This document shows, piece after piece, positions 12,430-24,678 of a DNA stretch of 64,000 nucleotides. The notes under the pieces were generated by a model, which was not told the DNA's origin, ran no database searches, and saw nothing but the letters and a program-made list of their open reading frames with translations. This DNA is from Octopus bimaculoides (Eukaryota). The position numbers and the translations under genes are program-made. The stretch spans positions 58,891,082-58,955,081 of the forward strand of contig NC_068989.1 in assembly GCF_001194135.2 (NCBI RefSeq), written 5' to 3'. Position 1 is the stretch's first letter; every line of letters begins with the position of its first letter.

Positions 12430-12613
12430 GCTAAAACAAAAGTAGACAAAAAAGTACAAAAAACAGAGAAAAATAGAACTAGAAAATAGGGATCTCCCCT
12501 CCCCTCCCCTCTCAGTTCTTTTCTTCTACATTTCCGCATTAAACCTCATGAGAGGAGACATCCAGATTTTCTTTAAAAAATATTCCCCAGATAAATATTC
12601 TTTACGTGAAATT

Positions 12614-12725
12614 TCATCATCTTCATCATCATCATCATCATCGTCGTCGTCATCGTCGTGGTTGTCATCGCGGTCGTCGTTGTCGTCGTCGCCGTCGTCG
12701 TTGTCGCCACCGTTGTCGTCACCGC

Positions 12726-12769
<44 letters not shown>

Positions 12770-12830
12770 CATCGTCGACGTCGTCATCGTCATCATTTTC
12801 ATCACTGTCGCTCATCACTGTCGTTGTCGT
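12614..12830. repeat. Compound (CAT)n/(CGT)n trinucleotide repeat
   Basis: CAT and CGT/TGT triplet runs; source of the poly-S/H/M/D ORFs in several frames. Confidence 0.93.
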
Positions 12831-13239
12831 TTTGCTCCAGATCGGCCTTGAACCAGCAGATCAATAATTAAGCGTTCCAACTGTGACCATTCATTTTCCC
12901 CCGGGAGAATGTGTTGGTGCAGGGAACCCGAGATCACTTTCTTTAATGTTTCCTTCTAAGGTGATAGCATGCGATTTGAGGGAGATTTGGCTACTATTTC
13001 TAGCAGCTGGAGCGACTACTTACAAGCCTTATCGTAGGCTCCTTGTTATTTTTGCAGTTGTTGTTCTTGTTGTCGACGTCGATGTTATTGTTTTTGCAAA
13101 TTGTTACAAACGACGGGGTGCTCAACCTCGTATCATTTGGTAACATCCAGTTAATTAAAATCACATCGAAAGTTACTTTAGCGTCTCGTTCCTTCTATTC
13201 AGTGACCATCTAACCATCCACTCATCCAGCCATCCACTC

Positions 13240-13445
13240 ATCCATCTTCTCCACCTTCTACTCTTGAGAAAGTCATGACGGTAGAGTCCTCTTGCACCTC
13301 CTTCATCACATTTTCTTCGTGAATTTCTAAGCGTGGACAACTGAGACTATGGATATTATTCAACAATCTCGTTCTCGGTTTACCCATAGGTCTCCTCTGG
13401 CTTGAAGAATTCGCCTTGCGATTCATTCTGACATTCTACTCTCAT
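13240..13445 (-). mobile_element. RTE-clade LINE 3' fragment
   Basis: RRPMGKPRTRLLNNIHSLSCPRLEIHEENVMK resembles the RTE C-terminal KRP.GRPRTRW.D.I..L...RLG pattern. Confidence 0.45.
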
Positions 13446-13756
13446 GTCTATAGTGCTGGAGTTGTTATCTCTCAATGTATAGAAAAAAGCGGCTCAACCT
13501 AGAAAGATTCCCGGTTATCTGAGTTACACATCCTGTCGAGTAATGTTACTACAGAGATCCTTCAGAGGAACCTTAGTTCAGCCGTTTGTATTCACGGTCG
13601 TACGCTTTTGATTATTACCCAACGTTCATGCTCGTAGTTGAGGATAGACACGAAAACCGAAATGAAGAGAGCAAGTTTTGCTTTTTGTCACTTTTCCCTC
13701 TTCTAAGGATCGAATATTAGAACTGGCGCGTAACTGTGTCAGCTCCTGCAATAATA

Positions 13757-13969
13757 CTAGGGGGAGCTGAAAAGTTCCTGGCTTTAAGGGTATCGCGAAA
13801 GGCCTGGATGGATGTCCAACGTTCCGAGTTCTTTTACAGGGCTTAGAAAAACTGAAGGGCCGCAGCAATAAGTGTGTGAACCTGAGAGGGGAACATGTTG
13901 AATAAAATCATAACTGATTCTCCTGTATTTTCTTTTACTCAAAGTCAGGAACTTTTCTGCACCTCCTCG
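13757..13969 (+). mobile_element. Mariner-derived MITE
   Basis: TA TSD; about 29-bp TIRs CTAGGGGGAGCTGAAAAGTTCCTGGCTTT and AAAGTCAGGAACTTTTCTGCACCTCCTCG; internal GLEKLKGRSNKCVNLRGEHVE* resembles the mariner C-terminus (GI.KL..RW.KC....G.YVE). Confidence 0.9.
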
Positions 13970-14567
13970 TAGCATCTAATTCAGCCTCTTGGTTCTCATT
14001 AACGTCTCGAAAATAAATCCTTGCCATGGACGGAGAGTTTGATTCAATCGATTGCAGCCTGTCCTTTTAAAAAAAAATTGTGACCTTATAATAAAAATCA
14101 GAAACGCTTGTCGTTTACATCGTTTGAGTTCAAATCATGCAGGTTATTGCCTTTACTAATTTGAGGGCCGATAAACAGACCTCCTCCTCCTCCAGTAAAA
14201 ATTATTATAAACGCTAGGTAGACAAGCCTTTATTTAATTTGCTTTGCGAGAAGGACTGTTTCAACGAAGTCGCGTATTGTCCGTGCCTTCAAAACGCGGA
14301 GTAGATAGAACAGGGACAACTGACGAATGGGTATACACTTTATGTAGTATGTCTCGTTTCTCTGTTTGTTTTTTCGTCGTTCGAAAAAAAAAAAAGAAAC
14401 GTTCGTTTTCTATGTTTTTGTTTTTATGATTTCGTTTCTCATTGTGTTCAACGTTTTTTTTTATGTCCTGTACCCATATATGCATGTATATATACATATA
14501 TATGTAGGTATGTACATATATACATGGATATATGCATATATTTACATATATATATACATATACATAC

Positions 14568-14602
<35 letters not shown>

Positions 14603-15009
14603 CACACAAGTGCGTATATGTGTATATATGTATATGTACGTGTGTGTATGTATGTATATGTATATGTGTGTGTGCGATTGTATGTATACATATGTATGTG
14701 TGTGTATGTGGGTAAGTGCGTGTGTGTGTGCGTGTGTGCGTGCGCGCGTGCTTGAGTGCACAGGTGTATAGGTCTTCGATCAACAAATGAAAAAGTTTAG
14801 TGGCTTAACATATCGTTAAAGAAGTAAGGCGCCAAAGAGAGACAGACAACCTACAATTGGTGAATGGGGACCTAGTTTCGGTTAGTGTATAATTGTTTTG
14901 TAGTAAACTACAGATTAATAACAACAGACTGATTGGTCAATTGATGCCATCAAATTTATGTCACTGACAGTTGCAATTGACTACCGTAACGTGCTTAATT
15001 TCTCAGTAA

Positions 15010-15295
15010 ACATGATAGAACAGCTGAAACAACAGTTAACCCAAGGAAAGATAGATCCCTTACCGAGTAGGAGAGACCTGCAAATCAGATGGTAGTGCGG
15101 TAAGACTGCATCCAGATCATTGTAAGCGTTTTTGGGAAAGCCAGAGCAATTGCGGCAGAGGAGAAATGCCAATGACAGAGTCGTTGCCAAGAAACCACCA
15201 CCATTAGACCAAAGCATTCATACTTGCCTCAAGACGACGGAGCTAGTCGTTCAAGAATCAGTCTACGTGGCCACCTGAGCACTTACCGTTCCATT
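15010..15295 (+). mobile_element. RTE/BovB-like LINE 3' fragment
   Basis: LKQQLTQGKIDP...FGKARAIAAEEK...SRSRISLRGHLST resembles the BovB-type C-terminus ending in the C..C...SRIGL.SH.R.H zinc finger; frameshifted. Confidence 0.55.
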
Positions 15296-16733
15296 TTATA
15301 ATCTCTGGATAAGAGGAGCTGCTATTAAACATGATAAAGACCAAATTGACTTCTGCTTTGTTTAGTTAATTACTCACTTTAACATAAAATTCACAGCTAT
15401 CTATCTTCAAAAAGTTTCTAGCACTATTTATGGATCCCAGGACAATACCCCCACATGTCTTTCCTGTCTCCCCTGACTCGCTTGTCTCGCCTGTCTTGCC
15501 TGTCTAGAATACAAGAGAACATGGCGTTACCTCGAAAGAAGAATATAAAAACCAAGTGACGATAGTTGTAATCTGTACCTATCAATTAAAATAAATACAC
15601 CACTTTATAGAAGTTCAGACGGATAACTTTTTTTGTGGTTTTATATCAATATATTTAATATATTTATTAAATATTTTAAAAGGTATTTTCAATTACTTGA
15701 CGGTTGACAACCTTATGAAGATAAGTAACATATACGTCTTAAAAGTATCAAAATATTTCTTCAAATTAAGTGTGCAAAAATTTGACCAAAATGTGTAGCA
15801 TTATATAGCATTCTACTAAGTGGATAGTAATATATAATTAACGTATTTATTTGAGGGATTTTGCATTGAATGCTGTCTTTAAAGAAATAGCTATTGCATT
15901 CACTAAAATGAATACTTAAAAATAGTTAAACATTGAATTAATAATTCTAACCTTTTTAATTTCAAGACAAAATAAAATTCATAAACTGCTCTACTATCTT
16001 GTACTGAGCACTTAACACATTTAGACTTTTGACATCCTATACATACATACATACACACATACATAGATGCATGCAATATATATNNNNNNNNNNNNNNNNN
16101 NNNNNNNNNNNNNNNNNNNNNNNNNNNNNNNNNNNNNNNNNNNNNNNNNNNNNNNNNNNNNNNNNNNNNNNNNNNNNNNNNNNNNNNNNNNNNNNNNNNN
16201 NNNNNNNNNNNNNNNNNNNNNNNNNNNNNNNNNNNNNNNNNNNNNNNNNNNNNNNNNNNNNNNNNNNNNNNNNNNNNNNNNNNNNNNNNNNNNNNNNNNN
16301 NNNNNNNNNNNNNNNNNNNNNNNNNNNNNNNNNNNNNNNNNNNNNNNNNNNNNNNNNNNNNNNNNNNNNNNNNNNNNNNNNNNNNNNNNNNNNNNNNNNN
16401 NNNNNNNNNNNNNNNNNNNNNNNNNNNNNNNNNNNNNNNNNNNNNNNNNNNNNNNNNNNNNNNNNNNNNNNNNNNNNNNNNNNNNNNNNNNNNNNNNNNN
16501 NNNNNNNNNNNNNNNTAAATCTATATATATTCATACACACACACACACACACACGCACGCACGCACGCACGCACGCACGCACACAGCACACACATAAAGT
16601 GTATTCAAACGTTGAATGTTGTCGAAGAATAAGGAAGAGCGAATTCAATATACGTTAGTAAATATAGTTTATTTAGACAGAATTCCTTTCTGACGACTTG
16701 AGTTTATATGTATTACTCTGTGTGTGTGTGTGT

Positions 16734-16770
<37 letters not shown>

Positions 16771-18449
16771 CGTGTGCATGTTTGTGGACAGGCAATCGCG
16801 CGTGTGTGTGTGTGTGTATGTGTGTTTGCGCGCGCGTGTGCGGAAAGTAGCTTTGCACTTGAATGAGTATTTCATTAGTATCTACAGCATCTAGAGGGCA
16901 TTAGATGTAGTCTAAAACAGATTGCAGTCTGTCCACCTTTCCGTAATTCTTGATGCTTGTTCCAAACTTCTAACAGAAGGTAAAAGATGTATATTTTCCT
17001 AACTGAAAAACTGTCCAAATTAACATATTCTGCAATAAAGAAGCCATCCATGCGCAATTATACAAAACATAAATGCAAAGAAAAAAGCGAGTATTTATTA
17101 CCACACACGTGCCATAATATTTAGTCTCCCAAAGCGCACGCAGATCGCATTCATATACTTCTTCACACACACACACACAAACACAGACGTACGTAAATAT
17201 ACACGTGCGCCCTCATACGCACATGTATTTTACTTAACGTACATATATTTTTATATCTTATAGTATATTAAATACTTGGCTATACATACACGCATACTAT
17301 TCATATTATGTTTTTAAACAATTGCGATATATATTTAAGGTTTGCAATGAAAGACTACTACACTGCCATATGTTTGGTGTTTATATTCAATCGTGTGTGA
17401 TAGAGTCCATTGGAGCGAAGGGCGAATATGGCAAGTTTGCCTGATGGTTTCGACAACTGGTTTCTTAATAGCAATTAAAAAGGGAGCTGGGAGTAAATAC
17501 ATCATCCCCAAATCTCCAAAGTAATCTGAGTTTCTATCTTAGATACGTGATTATTTTGTCTTCATTCTCTAACCTTACCAGTATTTCTGCAGTATTTATA
17601 CATTCACTGTTATTTGTATACTAAATCGCAAAAGCTGACTCTGAAAAGTTAGGTATTATTTGCAGACCCAGGAAATACTCCAGCTTCGAACAGATGCTGA
17701 CCCTTACAAGTACGCTTTCTTCACACGACCCCCATATCTGGGAAAATTAAGTTGCTGCCAAACTGACTTAGTGGAGTGAATCGAATGGTAGTTCAACTGG
17801 TTGATATATAAACCTCTCTTTCATAGGTTAGAAACACTGACCGGTTGAAATTACACAAATTGTATCTAAAAATTCTTACATTTGCCTTTTTATATTTTTA
17901 CTGCCTTACCCACTAATCAATACACTTAACACTCGCCTCATCTTTTATTCTTGTGTAGCCAAACTCCTTATTCATCTCAAAGTTTCTCTCACAAGTACCA
18001 AACAGGAGTCGTTGAAACTGAGCAATCATCAACGTAACCAGTCTAGGAGTACACAGACAAAAACTACAAGCAGTACACAGTACATAAATAACATTATACG
18101 GTAGCAAGTATGTAATTATTACACCAAAAATCACAATAGTTCTGAATTCACATTTCATTAATTTCATATTCTATTTTTTGATTTTGAGGAATCATCATAT
18201 TTATATCTACCTCTTATGATCCTAAGTATGATCGTGTAACTTCAACCGCCTTGGTATTTGATAATACTTCCTCAGCTGTTACTAACAGTTATCTGACACA
18301 ACTTTTGAGAAAAGACGATAGTGTATTCTATCCCCTAAAATTTATTCCTCCTCTCCGAGCAAACCTGCTAGATACCGACTTACCACCTTCACTTCTTATA
18401 ACGCAATTGTGATGAAAGCGGTCATCAACAGTCATCATATTTCAACCTC

Positions 18450-18780
18450 TTGTTCACCAGCTATGCGGATGATGCTGAAGAAAACAATATGCAGTTCAAT
18501 GCTGAGAAATTTCGAAACACCGTTTTTGATCCGCAAACAGAATGAAGTCAGAATACACAATTCATGAACCGAGAATTCACATGAATGGTGATGCCTCATT
18601 CTATGGAGAACAGTCGCCTGGATTACTCCTCTCAATTATGGTCGCCACAAAGCGTGAAGCTAATTGCAGACCTGAGGCCAGCCACCAAAGCACACCAAGA
18701 AGACTGTCACGGTGCAAAAGATGAGCTACTGGGAGAGGATAAATGAATGGAGACTCTCTTCCAAGAGAGAAATGATGCGT
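18450..18780 (+). mobile_element. CR1-clade LINE reverse-transcriptase remnant with internal deletions
   Basis: FTSYADDA..EENNMQFNAEKF...SRLDYSSQLWSPQSVKLIADL...MSYWERI..WRL matches the CR1/L2 pattern YADD, FN..KF, RLDY.S.LWSP, MSY.ERL..L.L.SLE. Confidence 0.8.
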
Positions 18781-18794
18781 CCCAACTGCACACA

Positions 18795-18865
18795 CGCACA
18801 CACGCACACACACACACATACATATATATGTGTATGTATGTATGTATCTGTGTATGTTGTGTATG

Positions 18866-18907
<42 letters not shown>

Positions 18908-18917
18908 GTTGGGACGC

Positions 18918-19000
<83 letters not shown>

Positions 19001-19100
19001 AACACACACACATACACACGCACACATATATGTCTGTGTAGGTGTGTATGAAACCATATATATGTGTGTGTGTGTTTGGTTTCACACACACAATCACAAA
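18795..19100. repeat. Compound (CA)n/(AT)n microsatellite
   Basis: Direct inspection. Confidence 0.95.
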
Positions 19101-19106
19101 CATATA

Positions 19107-19262
19107 GGCGCAGGTATGGCTGTGTAGTGAGAAACTTGCTTCCCAACCACATGGATCTGGGTTTAGCCCCAGTGCGCAGCACCTTGGGTGTCTTTTACTA
19201 TAGCCACGGGCCAGCCAGAGCCTCATAAGTGGATTTGGTAGACAGAAACTGAAAGAAACCCG
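19107..19262 (+). mobile_element. SINE family B, 5' half
   Basis: GGCGCAGGTATGGCTGTGTAG head, GCACCTTGGGTGTCTTTTACTATAGCC, GTGGATTTGGTAGACAGAAACTGAAAGAA. Confidence 0.85.
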
Positions 19263-20239
19263 CCACATATATGTATATATATATATATATGCATATGTCT
19301 ATGTGTGCGTTTCGATTTCAACCTCTAATCTGAGATCAAATCCCTCACCAAACAACACCCACCCACCGGGAAACACACATATATCCGCACATCTCTATAC
19401 ACACGCATACACTCATAAACACATCAACACTACCGTAATACACTCGTCAGCACACATACACATGTTCCTTTATTGATGCATGTTTGTGTATCTGTATGTG
19501 TTCGTTTGTTAGAGGGTGTTGTGTGTGTATGTGTGTCTATGTGTATGAAGCCTATTCCTGATAAATAGGTGCTTGATTAAGCGAATTGCACAAATAACTC
19601 GACGTAGAATCAGAACAGTAGACTCAACTAAGCGTTGTACATCTTATTCATTCAGGCATTCCACCTTAAACACATCTACCTTCTAATATCTTTATACACC
19701 AAAACACAATATACATGTTTTACACTATTAAGTATAGAACAATTGCACAAAAAGCTGCTAAAAGGAATAATTAATTTCCTTATCTAAAAGAAAAAGCAAA
19801 AGACACCAAGAAAATTCTCTATCAAAACCACTCTTTAAATTACTTCACTGCCATTCTTCTTCTTGATTTGTTTCACCCTACTACTTCATGATTTGCCCAC
19901 CCTCACTGCCTACATATCAACAGGAACTACCCTCGGTTGCTTGTGAGCTTTACTAGGCCACATAGCAGGGTGACGTTTGCGTTTGCCTTTGAGCTTGTTG
20001 TTTTTAGTTTTAACTACTTTTTCTCAATCTTCAATTCCTTTTGCATCATTGTCTTCTCCTCCCACACTCACTTCATGCTCCTCTTCGTTAACTTTTTTCT
20101 CTGCTCCAACACATCCCCATCTCCCTCTTTTTTTCTTCCTTTCTCGCTGATTTACCATTCATTCTTCTCTATTTATAGCCTTCCTCTCAACTTCACACCC
20201 ATTATATAAACCCTCTTTCATTCATGCTCACTCTTTTCT

Positions 20240-20430
20240 AGCTCTAATCTTTTCAGCTCCTTACGCTTAGCATTATTTTCTCACGCTCGGTTCCCCAACC
20301 CCTGAATTGTCCTCCCATTATCCACCCTCCGTACCAACTTCAGACTCCTGTCTTTAACCTCCAATGCTACCTTCTACAACCATCGCCTCCTCCTTTCATT
20401 CAAATACTACCTGATACTGCTAATTCCCTT
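20240..20430 (-). mobile_element. Possible RTE-type LINE 3' remnant
   Basis: GISSIR*YLNERRRRWL loosely resembles GI..I...L..RRLRW.GHV; heavily decayed. Confidence 0.3.
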
Positions 20431-21269
20431 CTTTCGACTGTTGAAAACATTATACAGATCAAGTTTCACATATGCAGTCATGCCGACCATTAACAACGTC
20501 AGCTCCATGTCTTTGAAAACGGCGCTTGCTTACTCTAATGATAACAGAGTCGCTTGAGTTAGTAGCATGATGCAGACGACCGTAGATAAAATGTGAGACA
20601 ACACCCAGATATTTCCATTCATTGCAAAACCTCGGCTACTCAATGTGAAAAGTCACTATAATGAAATCTAGATGAAAGACGCAAGTATATTAAATATAAG
20701 CAACTATAGATGTTATTAACACTGACTTTATACTGTAAGATAGAATGAAACGAAATAAGCATAAGAATTATATTTGTTTCTGTTGATTACATTTTTGATT
20801 ATTCTCGAGGGAAATAGAAGGTTATGAAGTATATGCCTCTTTCAAACGTTTAGGGTAAGTGAATTAGTTCCAAGAAAAACCGAGACCCAGCTCAGTGGTA
20901 GCATAAATCTTGTAAAGAGAATTATATTAATTTCTTGTGAGGAACCACAAAAACTCTACAAATTAATTAGGGAGATGAGAGGTTGTGAAGTGTATGCAAC
21001 AGCAATGTCAATAAAGTGGTTTGGTTTAAACTAGACACTGAGTCCATGTCATTCAATCACCTTGGCGAACACTAACTGTCAAATAGAAAAATTGTTGCAT
21101 TTAAAAAAATTCTTGAATAAGCGGAACTCAAAAGTTCCGTTTAAGTTAGCTGGAAATGTAACACTGCAGAAGCTCCTGACAATCCAAATCTCTCTTATAT
21201 GTGATCAAGATGTCAACCTTTACTAGAGCCAAGTATGAATTTGCTTGAAGTGATGCGGTGATATAAACT

Positions 21270-21546
21270 GGCACTCCGTCGGTTACGACGACGAGGGTTC
21301 CAGCCTGCTCGTGAAATTAACGTAGAAGTGGCTGAGCATTCCACAGACATGCATACCCTTACGTGCTTCTCAGGGAGATTCAGCCTGACACAGAATTTGA
21401 TAAGGCTGGCTCCTTGAAATACAGGTATTGTATATTTTTGCCAGTTGAACGGACTGGAGTAAGTCAAATGAAATGTTTCGCTCAAGGACACAATGCGCCA
21501 CCGGTAATCGAACCGAATACTTTAAGCCATGCACCTTCACAGTTCC
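21270..21546 (-). mobile_element. Chimeric SINE (family C tail, family D core) with 12-bp TSD
   Basis: Left part matches 10357 onward (GGCACTCCGTCG.TTACGACG.CGAG), right part matches 53199-53270 (TTTTTGCCAG.TGA..GGACTGGAG); GTGATATAAACT at 21258-21269 and 21547-21558. Confidence 0.82.
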
Positions 21547-22240
21547 GTGATATAAACTAATCACTAAAATAACTTAAATTTAACATAATTAGAATTTTGA
21601 AAATTTTTTGTGACCTTTAATAACGGGTTTTTGTTCAAATAACTCCAATTAATTTCAACTGAATAATTAAATTATTTGTAAAGATTCACTTTATTCAATT
21701 TCAATAATCTTCAAATTTAACACGAAAACAGAATATTCACTTTCTGGTTTTTAGAAATATTCTTTTCTTACTAGGCACACCTTTATAGAAGAATTCTACA
21801 GTTTGTATTTTCGACAACAGTATATAGTTGGTTGTTATTATTGGACTCTGTCATCGCTTCGACGAAGGAGGGTTTCAGCAGGGCACAGCTGCACTGTGTT
21901 CTTAGTTCGATGTTTTGCCGTGTAATGTCGTGGGAAATCAGACTTGTATCTCTACCAGACAAAAAGGACCTTAAAGTCAATAGAGAAACCCAATTAGTAT
22001 TGTAAGCGTTGTAATGCAGCTGTAAAGAGACTGCGGGTCGATTTCGATTTGTGTTTGTAGCTATGTAACTTGATAACTGCCGCTAAGTTTCACAATGATT
22101 TCACATGAAAGATACATTATAGTCAGCCTAAAGTCTTTGTCAACTAAAGCAACTATGTGAACAACTAATAAGTTAGAAATATTTGTGAAGGTATAATCGA
22201 TATATATATATATATAACATAAGTGTATATGTGTGTATAG

Positions 22241-22273
<33 letters not shown>

Positions 22274-23202
22274 GACAGACAGACACACACACACACACAC
22301 ACACACATACACACACACACACACACATACACACACACANNNNNNNNNNACACACACACATACACACACACACACACACATACACACACACACACATAAA
22401 TACATACATTGAGATAAAAAAAATTAGGGAAGCCATTAGAAGGAAGAGACCGAACAAGAATTTGAAAACGTTCCACATTCACTATTTCTTGCCTTGCCAG
22501 ATCAGTGAGGTTGTGGTGTAGATTCAGTTTCACCCTGATCAAACTAACTACAACATAATGAGTGACGTACATATCTGTTCTTCTAGTGACAGCGTATTGC
22601 ACATCTCGATATGCAGTGAGGAATGCTATAGGATGCAGTGTGATAATCTGCGTGAAAGTGTATCGGATCTAGTCAAACTGATTCGCAAAATATGCATTTT
22701 CTAAAAGGAAGTGGACAAATCTGAAAATCAGCTATAATAATGTAGTTTTCCAGTCTCATTTCTATGAAGGTACGATGTTGGGGAGAAATAAATTCGAGGA
22801 AAAACTTACAGAGGTTTAACAATCGGAAAAACTGTATTTTTAGCCAATAAGGAAACAAGAATTTTCTGCGTTTAGCGGAGCGGTGTCAACTTTAATGTTG
22901 TATCCTGTGAAATTTATAGTTTAGCGTCTGTGACGTTCATTGTAGGTTTCTAAATAAACAAAAATACCTAATAAAATCAACATGTATCGCCTTACTGTCT
23001 CTTTTGTCACCTCATTGATTGTTTTTTTTTATTTTTTTAAATTTGTTATATTAATATATTTGTCTACATGTGTTTACTTTGTGCATATTTCAGTATTATG
23101 TATACCTTTCATGTATTTGTGTACATCATTAATATATAAGTGCTTGTAGATATATGTATTCATATATAAGTTTATATGTACATATATGCATTTATGTGTG
23201 TG

Positions 23203-23275
<73 letters not shown>

Positions 23276-23669
23276 GTGTGCGTGTATGTGTATGAAAAGG
23301 AGGCATCTGTCTCCTAAACGTTTTCATGCTTGGATTTGTAAACTACGATAAGAATAACACTGGTCAACAGAGAATTTCTCCCAAATAAAAAAATGTGAAG
23401 CTAACAGTTTAAGAAATACTCCTAATTTAAATGTTTATGAATAGAATTAACTTAGTGAAATCATAAATCGAGCTATCTGAGACAATGAGTCCCTGTAGGT
23501 TGGCAATACTGTCCATTCACCTTCATAATGCCAAGAAACTGTATAAACATCGTAAACAACTTTAATTATATTTGCAGTGACTTAACATCCAGATCACAAA
23601 GACGACGTTTCACGTTACTGATTACGTGCAGCAAAAACATGGGTGAAATGAAACACAACACAGCGTGCG

Positions 23670-23714
23670 GTTGTCATGGTAACAAGCTGCTAATGCGCGC
23701 TGTATGTTAATTGG
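23670..23714. promoter_or_regulatory. Candidate RFX X-box plus inverted CCAAT (Y-box)
   Basis: GTTGTCATGGTAAC (23670-23683) fits the X-box consensus GTHNYY-AT-RRNAAC; ATTGG at 23710-23714; non-repeat context. Motif match only. Confidence 0.4.
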
Positions 23715-24170
23715 CTAAAATTACCCAGATTTTTCAACTTTAATTCCAAATGACATCAGATTCTTTCGTTTACGAGATAAAGTAATTGTGTTGATCCTAA
23801 TCAAAATTCAAAGTTGCATCGACACACCAACATTGAAAGCAATCTGAGCAAAATTAAAAGGGGCCCATTTTGCGAATGAGACTGACTGGATCCAGTGTAT
23901 CTTCTGAGGATATTCATTCATACAAAAATATTAGAAAGTGATTTATCCACTCGTAATCTACACAGAATAAAAGTCTAATGAAAGAAGAACCCGAAGAGCT
24001 GTGGGGAATTTACAAAAACAAACCAGACCCTTTATCAATATAATTCTGAGTGTTCTATGCCTCACGTTGTACCGACGACAAATACATAGCTTTAAAGACA
24101 AATGGTAAAAAGAAAGAAAAAAAAACTCTCTGAAGTCTATGTAGATGAGCACAAGCTAGAGTATTCATAC

Positions 24171-24298
24171 CAGCAGAAGCAAGTGGGACTATATGACGTT
24201 GTGGTATAACACCATCGATAATATAAGGTTCTGACATTGCGACGTAGCGCTGAGGCATATCACCATAGGCGCTATAGCGCTGAGGCGTATTACCATAG
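24171..24298 (-). CDS. Candidate internal coding exon (128 nt, phase 2 to phase 1): YGNTPQRYSAYGDMPQRYVAMSEPYIIDGVIPQRHIVPLASA
   Basis: Acceptor ctttgtctctacAG|, donor CTG|GTatga; only one frame open; three G-x-x-P-Q-R repeats whose PQR codons differ only at third positions (cct cag cgc / cct cag cgc / cca caa cgt). Confidence 0.5.
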
Positions 24299-24607
24299 CT
24301 GTAGAGACAAAGTGTATATATGCGCTTCATGTGGCCTACTCAGTCGATGTAAAGTTTTTTACCGTACCGTGTGGCGCTAGCTTCATCGTATTTAAAATTA
24401 AAATTGGCCTATTGATATCCCGTTGCTAGATGGCAGAAGAAAATTACAAAATAACCAATTTGTTAATAACGTGTGTCATATTTATATAACTGCATCTGTG
24501 TTATAATAAGGTTCTTAGTTTAAGACGACAATAATGGAAGATAATTTACTGATGTGGCAACTCTATAATGAGAGTAGAGTCAAATATACTGAGGTGATTA
24601 AGTCGAC

Positions 24608-24678
24608 AGACTTTTGGTTCACCTGTCGGTTTTTTTCAACTGATGGATGAACAAGCCGACAGGCGAAACTTGAAGTCT
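24608..24678. ncRNA. Pre-miRNA-like hairpin (unverified)
   Basis: AGACTT pairs with AAGTCT; TTCACCTGTCGGTTT pairs with AAGCCGACAGGCGAA with one mismatch and one G-U; TTCA/TGAA next to an approximately 9-nt loop; 71 nt. Confidence 0.3.

Noticed and set aside
12548-12871. Poly-Ser/His/Met/Asp ORFs resembling a His-rich or metal-binding protein
   Set aside because: Compound CAT/CGT trinucleotide repeat open in multiple frames; no splice or codon evidence for one frame.
22810-22904. Minus-strand exon with good acceptor and GTAAGT donor, phase-compatible with the 24171 exon (GYNIKVDTAPLNAENSCFLIG*)
   Set aside because: Stops in all three frames before the donor; could only be a terminal or UTR exon, and such splice-site pairs are common by chance.
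24171-24298. Reflectin assignment (PQRYVAMS vs PERYMDMS)
   Set aside because: Lacks the M/FD-x5-MD-x5-MD repeat and the Met/Asp-rich composition that define reflectins.
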